A stretch of 57,133 bases of DNA from Thermoplasmata archaeon (GTDB lineage Archaea > Thermoplasmatota > E2 > JACPAO01 > JAHFTW01). How positions within the stretch are numbered: position 1 is the stretch's first letter; each line of letters opens with the position of its first letter. Below are positions 47,205 through 54,752 of this stretch, one piece after another. The DNA lies in NCBI GenBank assembly GCA_034667725.1, contig JAXDQS010000007.1, positions 1 through 57,133 of the forward strand, given 5' to 3'. The notes under the pieces were generated by a model. The model was not told the DNA's origin. It was given only the letters and a program-made list of their open reading frames with translations, and ran no database searches. The position numbers and the translations under genes were made by a program.

Positions 47205-49574
47205 GTGACGGCCTGGGGCCTGCCCGCCCGCCATCCCTGGGCGACCCTTGCCGTCGCGACCCTCCTCCTGGCGGGCGCCATCGCGGGCATCCCCCGCCTC
47301 CGGGCCCAGGTGGACTTCGTGGACACCGTGCCTGCCAGCGCCGACGTCGACGCCTACCGCGCCCTGCTGGACCGGCTGGAGGGCGTGCGCTTCGTGGCCG
47401 TCCACATGGCCGCCAAGGAGTCGTACCGCACCGACGCCGGCTTCGACGCCCTCGTGGCCGAGCAGCAGGACCTGACCGCGTTCCTCACCGGCACGATGCC
47501 GCCAGGAACGTTCAGCCACAGCCTGTCGGCCTACGAGGCGATGCGGCAGGGCAACTACATGCTCGCCAAGGTCGCCACCGCCGGCAACCCGCCCGCGTCC
47601 GCCTACGCCCTGCCCTCCAACGACGTGGCGTGGCGCTACGTCCGCGACGAAGTGCGCGGCGAGGCCGGCGCCGACGTGCTGGCCGCCGACGGGTCGAGCG
47701 CGCTGCTGCTGATGTTCCTGGCCACCAAGGACCCCGCCGAGGCCCGCTCGCTCGCAGGAGCCGCGGCCGGCGCCACCACCCTTTGGAGTGCTGCCAAGCC
47801 GCATCCCGCCACCACCGCCGCGCAAGCCTCCGGCCTCCTGGTCTCCAGCGGCTACGTCGACGACCGCAACCAAGAGGACCTGCGAATCTGGGGCCTCGCC
47901 TCAGGCATCGCCGTCGCGGTCGCCCTGCTGGCCGTCGTGCGCCGCCCCACCAACATCCTGCTGGCCACCCTGAGCCTGGCCGCCGCGACCCTCGCCACCT
48001 TCGGCGTCCTCGGCTGGCTGGGCACCCCCATCAGCTTCCTCACCGTGTTCCTGGCGCCCATGGTGACCGGCATCGGCATGGACTACGCGCTGCACATCCT
48101 CCACCGCCAAGACCAGCTCGTGGAGTCGGGCGCCCGCCCGCGCGCCGGCCTCGCCCAGGCGATGCGCGACGTCGGCCCCGCCACCCTCGCCGGCGCCGCC
48201 ACCACGGCCGCGGCACTCCTGGTGCTGGTGCTCGTGCCGGCGCCCCTGTTCGCCCAGGTCGGCGCCATCGGTGCCCTCGGCGTCGCGCTCGGCTTCCTCA
48301 CCAGCATCACGCTCGCGCCCGCCCTGCGCGCCGCCATCCCCATGCGGCAACCGCGCCCGCGCCGCGACCGCATCGGCCCCGCCGTCGGCGCCGTCGGCTC
48401 CTGGAGCCTGCGCCATCCCGCGACGGTGGCGACCCTGCTCGCCGTGCTCCTGGTGGGCGGCGCGGTGGCGGCATGGCAAGGCACCCGCCTGGAGTCGGGC
48501 AGCGCCGAGAACGAGTTCCCCGCCCACGACCCCGTCCTCCTGCTGCAAAAGCGCATCGAGAAGGAATACGGCGCCTTCCAGCGCGCCTACCTCATCGTGC
48601 AAGGCCCGCTCGCCGACGCCGACGCCCTCGCCGCCCTCGACCAGGCCGTCGCCAAGGCCGCCAGCCTGCCGCTGTTCCGCTCCGCCAGCGCCGTCACCAC
48701 CCTCCTGCGCGCCGACGCCGCCACCGACCAAGGCATCCTCGACATCGCCCGCGGCGCCGCCGGCATGGGCGACGGCCTCCCCGCCACCGACGCCGACGCC
48801 CGCGCCGCCCTCGACCGCCTGTTCGCCGACCCGCTCTGGCGCACCCTCGCCCCCTTCGTCGTCACCCGCGACGCCACCCTCGCCGTCGTCGCCATCCAGG
48901 TCGACCCGTGGGACTCCCAGACCCAGCTGTCGGAGCTCGACGCCGCCCTCCACGCCCAAGCCTCGGAGCTGCGCGGCGCCCTCGGCCCCGGCTACACCGT
49001 CCACGCCGCCGGCGCCCCCGTCAACCGCGCCGCCGTCCTCGACCAGACCCCCGCCGACGTCCGCCTCGCCACCTTCGGCGTCGCGGCCGTCGTCGTCGCC
49101 ACCCTCGCGCTCGCGTGGGCCCGCAGGCCCCGCGGCGTCGCGGTGGCGGTCGCGGCGGGCGGCATCGTGCTGGCGGCCGCGCTGTTGCTGGTCGCGACGG
49201 TGCCTGCGCTGGACGCCGCGTACCGCTGGTCCGGGACCGGCAACTCGGCCGCGCTCAACGACATGTTCCTGCTCGCGTTCGCCGTCACGGTGGGCGTCGG
49301 CGTCGACGGCTTCCTGCAGATGGCGCACCGCAACTGGGAGACCCGCGACCCGGCGCGAGCCATGCGCGAGACCGGCCGCGCCGTGTTCGGCACTTGGCTC
49401 ACGACGGTGGCCGCGTTCGCGCCGCTGGCCGGAGCGTACTTCTTGCAGACCAAGAACCTGGCCATCCTGATCGTGGCCGGCTCCGTGTACGCCTTCGTGC
49501 TCACGCTGCTGGCGGGGCCGTGGGTGATGCGGTGGGCGAATGGCGTCCATTCGCGCCGGGGGCCGCAAGCATGA
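47205..49574 (+). CDS. MMPL/RND family transporter
   Basis: Two-fold repeat with GIGMDYALH and GVGVDGFLQ; TTVAAFAPL. Confidence 0.85.
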   Translation: MTAWGLPARHPWATLAVATLLLAGAIAGIPRLRAQVDFVDTVPASADVDAYRALLDRLEGVRFVAVHMAAKESYRTDAGFDALVAEQQDLTAFLTGTMPPGTFSHSLSAYEAMRQGNYMLAKVATAGNPPASAYALPSNDVAWRYVRDEVRGEAGADVLAADGSSALLLMFLATKDPAEARSLAGAAAGATTLWSAAKPHPATTAAQASGLLVSSGYVDDRNQEDLRIWGLASGIAVAVALLAVVRRPTNILLATLSLAAATLATFGVLGWLGTPISFLTVFLAPMVTGIGMDYALHILHRQDQLVESGARPRAGLAQAMRDVGPATLAGAATTAAALLVLVLVPAPLFAQVGAIGALGVALGFLTSITLAPALRAAIPMRQPRPRRDRIGPAVGAVGSWSLRHPATVATLLAVLLVGGAVAAWQGTRLESGSAENEFPAHDPVLLLQKRIEKEYGAFQRAYLIVQGPLADADALAALDQAVAKAASLPLFRSASAVTTLLRADAATDQGILDIARGAAGMGDGLPATDADARAALDRLFADPLWRTLAPFVVTRDATLAVVAIQVDPWDSQTQLSELDAALHAQASELRGALGPGYTVHAAGAPVNRAAVLDQTPADVRLATFGVAAVVVATLALAWARRPRGVAVAVAAGGIVLAAALLLVATVPALDAAYRWSGTGNSAALNDMFLLAFAVTVGVGVDGFLQMAHRNWETRDPARAMRETGRAVFGTWLTTVAAFAPLAGAYFLQTKNLAILIVAGSVYAFVLTLLAGPWVMRWANGVHSRRGPQA

Positions 49575-49581
49575 TAATGAC

Positions 49582-50331
49582 TTGGGGAATCGGCTGGTTT
49601 GGTTGCACGGTCGGCTTGGCATCATTTTGGTCTGCGCTGCGTTGATGGTAGGCATTGGCGCAACGGTTTTTATCGTAAATTCGATGACCGATTGCGAGCG
49701 CTTTGAATGGACCATTGGCACTGGCGTGGACGACCAGGTCCGCATCGACCTCAACGGGGATTGGCGCCCGGGGCTGACGTCCAACGTCATGGCCATCCCA
49801 CGGAGTTGCCCGCTGGACGAAGCCCAGTTCCATTGGACGGTTCGAGGCCCAACGCCTCAGCAAGTGCGCCAGTTTGAAGGTGAATCCATCACGGTTCCGT
49901 GGGAGTCTCCTGGTGAGTACTTGATTGCCTTGACCGTGTCGAAGGCCTCAGGGGAACTTGCCTACTCTGGAACGGGGCCTGCTGCCTGGAGCTACGTCAG
50001 GGAGGCCACCATGGAAGCCACCAACTCGACCATGTCGCTTCGGATTCCCGTCACATGCTGTGCACGCTACTTGGATGTCGCATGGTTGAACGCTGCAAAC
50101 CTAGGCGCCAATGCGCGCTTTTCACTCTACGATGGCGCTGGCAAGCCGATTGTCACCGGTGCCAATGAAATCCACATCGGACAAACGTTCTCGTGGCCCA
50201 ACGACATCGTCTACGGCGACTTCCTGCTGCTGGTGGAGCAGGACGTGACGCCCGAGGCCAGGCTCGGCCTTGGCCAATCCCGCGACTTCGGGTTGCGGGT
50301 CCACTATTCTCCTGGATACACACAATGGTGA
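49582..50331 (+). CDS. membrane-anchored protein with PKD/Ig-like domain (lower-GC islet)
   Basis: N-terminal TM; FHW...GESITVPWESPGEYLIALTV PKD-like pattern; start uncertain. Confidence 0.55.
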   Translation: MGNRLVWLHGRLGIILVCAALMVGIGATVFIVNSMTDCERFEWTIGTGVDDQVRIDLNGDWRPGLTSNVMAIPRSCPLDEAQFHWTVRGPTPQQVRQFEGESITVPWESPGEYLIALTVSKASGELAYSGTGPAAWSYVREATMEATNSTMSLRIPVTCCARYLDVAWLNAANLGANARFSLYDGAGKPIVTGANEIHIGQTFSWPNDIVYGDFLLLVEQDVTPEARLGLGQSRDFGLRVHYSPGYTQW

Positions 50332-50335
50332 AACA

Positions 50336-51928
50336 ATGAACCAAACGACAAGGATAGTGGCTGTTGCGCTTTTGCTCGCAGCCGGCAGCCTGCCCACGTT
50401 CACGAACGCGGCCCCTCTCTGCACCGATGCCGTGGCGCTGCTGGCGCTGGCCGGGCAAACCTCGACGCTCGACGCCCAAGACTCGGACGGTGACCACATC
50501 AGTGACTACGCGGAGATGAATTACCTGAACACCAGTCCGTGCAATAGCAATTCCGACGGTGATTCTGTGCCAGATGGCATCGACGGCACGCCCAACGCCC
50601 AAGGCGTCAAGATTCCGTTCAACCTTGCAGTTCTGGCCATCAACCAAATCGAGTTGGACAATGAATGCGACGAGGGTTCCAATTGGGACCCTTACCTCAC
50701 GGCATGGAATGTCGAGGTCCGTCCGCTGTCGCTCAACAAACAGGTGTCCGCGCTCGATTGGACGGAGGGCGGGCACCAAGACAACCGCCCCAACGAGAAC
50801 ACCAATCCGACGCTGTTCACCAACGGGCAGGACGCCGCGGCAAGCGGAAACCTGCTCACGTTCCAGCTCGACCCGAACCTGGACATGTGGGGCCTGTTCA
50901 CGGGGGACGTTGGCGTCGGGCTGGCGGGCGGAGTGATGGCAGTTGACCATGATGACACGCGCCACGACCTGATGCCCTTCAATGTCGGGGAAATCAAAAT
51001 CATCCCCTCGGCGACCGGTGGGCCCACATCCGTCGTTTGGACATCGCAATTGGCTACAGACTCCGACACTCCGACGCCCTTCAAGTGCCGGACCCAGATA
51101 GTCATGGAGGCCAAGGTCAGTCTTCCGGCGGAGATTGAAGAGACCTTCGAAGCCCTCCAAGCCATTGGCCCCGACAACTTCGTCGACTGCGGCGATGAGA
51201 TCGACTGCACTTACCATGGCGGAAATCCGGGGTCCCCGATTCCCATCATCGGCGCTGCTCTTCCGTACTCCCCGGGCAGCAACATCTGCGACGACTCGCT
51301 GCTGCATACGCCTGCCGCCCTTGGAGCCCAGTTCAACGCCGCGGTGCCCGCGCCGAGCCAAGCCTTGGGCCAGTGCGAAGCACGCCCGGTCGATGGCGGG
51401 CATGAAGACCCCTTCCAGCCCGCCTTGTGCATGGACGGCAGCGTCGATGTGCTCCCACGCTACCGGTCATTCTACGCAAGCGCCCCGTCCGTCAGCATGG
51501 GAACCTATGTCGAATACCTGGTCAACCTGCGCGCGACCTACACTTTGGCGACGGCAGCCGGGCCACGGACGACGAGCTACGACTCCTGGTTCGACCTTGC
51601 CCACAAGCAGGGCGATCCGCAGGTTGGCTTCGCGGCGATGCCTGGCTGCTCGATTTCTGCTGTCCAAGTCACCGTGCAAGACATCCAGGTCAGGACCGCG
51701 ACCGGCACGCTGCATTCCATTGCAATCAAGAACGGCTGCCAAGCGCTCGCCTCAATGCCGGCAGTCTCGCTTCAAGGGCTGCAGTTTGCGTATGTCCTGC
51801 CCGAGATTCGGCTCGCAGCGGCGACCGGCCTCGTTGGCGAGAGTGGCGAATGCCTCATCGCCGACGACCCGATTGGCGGCCAGCTTGGAACCGCGGACGG
51901 CGCCGAGTTCTTCGCGGCGTTCGCCTGA
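50336..51928 (+). CDS. secreted Cys-rich protein with thrombospondin type 3-like Ca-binding repeats (lower-GC islet)
   Basis: GGTGA SD, signal peptide, DSDGDHISDYAE and NSDGDSVPDGID. Confidence 0.7.
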   Translation: MNQTTRIVAVALLLAAGSLPTFTNAAPLCTDAVALLALAGQTSTLDAQDSDGDHISDYAEMNYLNTSPCNSNSDGDSVPDGIDGTPNAQGVKIPFNLAVLAINQIELDNECDEGSNWDPYLTAWNVEVRPLSLNKQVSALDWTEGGHQDNRPNENTNPTLFTNGQDAAASGNLLTFQLDPNLDMWGLFTGDVGVGLAGGVMAVDHDDTRHDLMPFNVGEIKIIPSATGGPTSVVWTSQLATDSDTPTPFKCRTQIVMEAKVSLPAEIEETFEALQAIGPDNFVDCGDEIDCTYHGGNPGSPIPIIGAALPYSPGSNICDDSLLHTPAALGAQFNAAVPAPSQALGQCEARPVDGGHEDPFQPALCMDGSVDVLPRYRSFYASAPSVSMGTYVEYLVNLRATYTLATAAGPRTTSYDSWFDLAHKQGDPQVGFAAMPGCSISAVQVTVQDIQVRTATGTLHSIAIKNGCQALASMPAVSLQGLQFAYVLPEIRLAAATGLVGESGECLIADDPIGGQLGTADGAEFFAAFA

Positions 51929-52067
51929 GAGCAAGGACTTCCCTTATCCCCTCGTCCTTTGATTTTTGCCCGCGCTGACGCATGTTTGCCCTTGATGGGG
52001 TTTCCTTGCTGCACCCGGCTCGCTGAACTGACGAATCGATGATTTCAGCCGCGCCTTCGGCGCCGGC

Positions 52068-52362
52068 CTAGATGACCTGGACTTCGTCGATTTCCCCTTG
52101 CGGCCGATGCCCCTCCGATTCGCTGTCCTTCGCTGTCGCTCGGACCAGCTTCACGGTGCGGCGCGACCGCAAGGTCCGCTCGCCGTCGCTGCGCTCGGCT
52201 CGCTGAGATCGACGAAGGCCGCGCATCTGGGCGCTGCGAGCCTCAGATGACTTGCACCCCTTGCGGCCGCCCTGACGGTCGGCCGCAAAGGTCCGGCGCG
52301 GCCGCTTCGCGGCCTGCCTGTGCAAGTGCTCTGCCCTCGCCTTCGCTGCGCGCTCGGCTCGG
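52068..52362 (-). repeat. two related hairpin insertions downstream of nusA, each followed by a displaced copy of the nusA 3' end
   Basis: Copies at 52243-52257 (VQVI*) and 52068-52094 (EIDEVQVI*); both inserts share cccttgcggccg, ccgcaa(a)ggtccg and tcgctgcg(cg)ctcggctcg. Confidence 0.85.
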
Positions 52363-52842
52363 TCAGATCACTTGCACTTCGTCAATCTCGTGGTGCCGCT
52401 TCGCGATGTGGCGAATCGACGCGATGTTGCGGCCCTGCTTGCCGATGGCCTTGCCTTTGTCCTTCGCCTCGACCTCGACAATCGCCCTAATCTTGATCTT
52501 GGGCTCGGGCGCGGGAGCGTCGGGGTTGCTGGGGTCCGGGGGCGGGGTGAGCGCCAGGGACTCCATGCGGATGGAGGCGACGTCGAACGGCTTGAACAGG
52601 TTCCGGATGAAGACCTGCTTGTCGTCGTCCCATTCGACGAACTTGACGTCCTTCTTCAGAAGCTCGCGCATCATCTGGAGGTTCTTTGCCTCCTTGCCGA
52701 GGGCTTGGCCGAGGTGCCCTTTCTCGGTGATGAAGACGATGCGCTCGCCCTCGTCGACGGCGTCCTTGATGCGGGCGCGCAGGCGCTTCTCGGCCTCGGT
52801 GATGAGGCCGATGGTTTCCATGGAAAGGGAGAGGTCCGCCAT
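52363..52842 (-). CDS. nusA: archaeal NusA-like KH protein
   Basis: Two KH motifs (ALGKEAKN, AIGKQGRN); follows rpl30e. Confidence 0.92.
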   Translation of the reverse strand: MADLSLSMETIGLITEAEKRLRARIKDAVDEGERIVFITEKGHLGQALGKEAKNLQMMRELLKKDVKFVEWDDDKQVFIRNLFKPFDVASIRMESLALTPPPDPSNPDAPAPEPKIKIRAIVEVEAKDKGKAIGKQGRNIASIRHIAKRHHEIDEVQVI

Positions 52843-52857
52843 TGTGGTGTCCCCTGG

Positions 52858-53148
52858 CTACTTGGCCAGCTGGAGGACGTCGGAGGTCCCGGCGTCCAGC
52901 ACCGCGATGGCGGAGATGGAGAAGGGCTTTCCGCACGCGGGCCCGAGCTGCGTCCCCATGCCTTCGAAGGCGTAGACGGGGATGCGCTTCTTCTGGGCGG
53001 CGGCGCGGAGGCCCTCGGCCTCTGGGGCGTTCTGGGCGAGGATGACCAGTTTGGCCTCCCCACGCGCAACGGCTTTCGCGGTCTGATCGGCTCCGATCAG
53101 GACCTTGCCGGTGGCGATCACGGTTCTCAGGCTGCGTTGTACGTCCAT
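52858..53148 (-). CDS. rpl30e: 50S ribosomal protein L30e
   Basis: TGKVLIG, LGPACGKPF, DAGTSDV. Confidence 0.95.
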   Translation of the reverse strand: MDVQRSLRTVIATGKVLIGADQTAKAVARGEAKLVILAQNAPEAEGLRAAAQKKRIPVYAFEGMGTQLGPACGKPFSISAIAVLDAGTSDVLQLAK

Positions 53149-53150
53149 GT

Positions 53151-54752
53151 CTACTCCTCCTTGGAGGCGGTCTCCGCCTCGCCCTTCTCTTCGGCGAACT
53201 CGGGGCCGGCCTCGCCCTCGATGGAGAGCGTGGCGGCCTCTTGCACGATGGGGATGGTGCTGATCGGCGTCGGCATGGTCTTCTTGAGCTGCGCGAGCTT
53301 CTTGATGTCCATGGCGAGGCGCACGGCGCCGGTGCCGAGGTTGACGGGCTGGCCGACGATGATGTTCTCGGCCACACCGTTGAGGGGGTCCACCTCGCCG
53401 ATCATGCCCGCGGTCAGCAGGTGGTCGACGGTGATCTCGAAGGCGGCGCGCGCCAGGATCGAGGACTTCTGGCCCGAGACACCCTGGCGGCCGATGGCCT
53501 TGACCTCGCCGTCGGCCGTCATGACGTCGGCGACGAGCATCAGGTGGCGCAGGTCCACTTGGAGACCTTGGCCCTTCAGGGTGCCGAACGCCTCGTCCAT
53601 GATGGCTTGGCGGGCGGCCTCGATGCCGAGCTGGTCCTGGATCTGCAGGATGTCGTTGGTCTGGACGCGCGAGTGGTCGATGCCCTGGATCTCCAGGATG
53701 GCCTGCAGGTTGCTGCCCTCGGTGAAGAGGATGTAGCCCTTCTCGCCCTCGTCGCGGCGGATGACCAGGCGGGTGATGCCGTCGATGCCCTTGACCTTGA
53801 CCTTCTTGAGGTCCTCGACGGCGCGCTGCAGGTTCTTGAAGTTCGGCTCGGCGAGCTTGACCAGGATCTTGGGTTGGGCCTTCTTGCCTTCGCCCTTCTC
53901 CTCGGTGGCGTTGATGCGGCGCACCGCGTTGACGGCGGTGAGCACCTCCTCCATCGAGATGTCCTTCTCGGCCATCTTGTCGGTGTCGGGGATGACGCGG
54001 ATCTCCAGGTTGCCGAGGTCGGCCTCGACGGCGGCGATGTCCTTGAGGCTCGTCGTCTCGATCATGTTCGCGATGCGGGTCGCCGTGGCGCGGTCGGCCT
54101 TGACGTCCGGCTTCAGGAAGATGGTCATCGTCGGAGTGCTCGGGGTGCGCCGGGCGTCCACGATCTCGATGAGGCGCGGCAGGCCCAGGGTGACGTTGAT
54201 CTCGGCGACACCGGCGAAGTGGAAGGTGCGCATGGTCATCTGGGTGCCCGGCTCGCCGATCGACTGGGCGCCGACGATGCCGGCGGCCTCGGTCGCGTCG
54301 ACCTTCGCCTTGCGGTACTCGGCAAGCGCCAGGTCGACGGCCAGCTTGAGCTGGGCGTCGGAGAAGTCGCGCTCGAGGCCGCCGTCCACGATCTTGCGGA
54401 CGATGCGCTGCGGCAGGGCGGCGTCCTGCTCGGCGAGGTAGGCCACGAGGATCGTGTCCTTCTTGAGCCGGGCGGGGTCGCGGGTCTCCAGCTTGGCGAC
54501 GTAGCCCTCGTAGGCGCGCGCGTCCTCGACCACCGCCTTCTTGGTGCGGCGGGCGGCGGCGTCGCGCTTGCCCTTCGAGAGCTTGAGCATGATCTGCTCG
54601 ACCTCGTTGCCGGTGAAGCCGGCGTCCATGAACTTCTTCTTGTCCGCGGACTTGGCTTGCGTGACGGTGAACGCCTCGGCCAGCCGGCTGGCGGTGTCGT
54701 GGTCGAACCCGTACGTCTTCTCGAAGGACTTCACGGTCTGCGCGTTGGCCAT
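53151..54752 (-). CDS. rpo1C: DNA-directed RNA polymerase subunit A''
   Basis: [53 protein letters not shown]. Confidence 0.97.
   Translation of the reverse strand: MANAQTVKSFEKTYGFDHDTASRLAEAFTVTQAKSADKKKFMDAGFTGNEVEQIMLKLSKGKRDAAARRTKKAVVEDARAYEGYVAKLETRDPARLKKDTILVAYLAEQDAALPQRIVRKIVDGGLERDFSDAQLKLAVDLALAEYRKAKVDATEAAGIVGAQSIGEPGTQMTMRTFHFAGVAEINVTLGLPRLIEIVDARRTPSTPTMTIFLKPDVKADRATATRIANMIETTSLKDIAAVEADLGNLEIRVIPDTDKMAEKDISMEEVLTAVNAVRRINATEEKGEGKKAQPKILVKLAEPNFKNLQRAVEDLKKVKVKGIDGITRLVIRRDEGEKGYILFTEGSNLQAILEIQGIDHSRVQTNDILQIQDQLGIEAARQAIMDEAFGTLKGQGLQVDLRHLMLVADVMTADGEVKAIGRQGVSGQKSSILARAAFEITVDHLLTAGMIGEVDPLNGVAENIIVGQPVNLGTGAVRLAMDIKKLAQLKKTMPTPISTIPIVQEAATLSIEGEAGPEFAEEKGEAETASKEE

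Noticed and set aside
49575-52094. Prophage or integrative element with the nusA end as att site
   Set aside because: All nusA-end copies lie on one side of the islet, none at the MMPL border; no integrase or viral genes.
52068-52325. 85-aa ORF ending in EIDEVQVI as a real second nusA-like gene
   Set aside because: Only the last 8 residues match NusA; the rest is translated hairpin sequence with a weak TTG start.
52068-52389. Diversity-generating retroelement (TR/VR pairs) as the explanation for duplicated gene ends
   Set aside because: Differences are synonymous and not adenine-specific, targets are housekeeping genes, and no reverse transcriptase is in the window.
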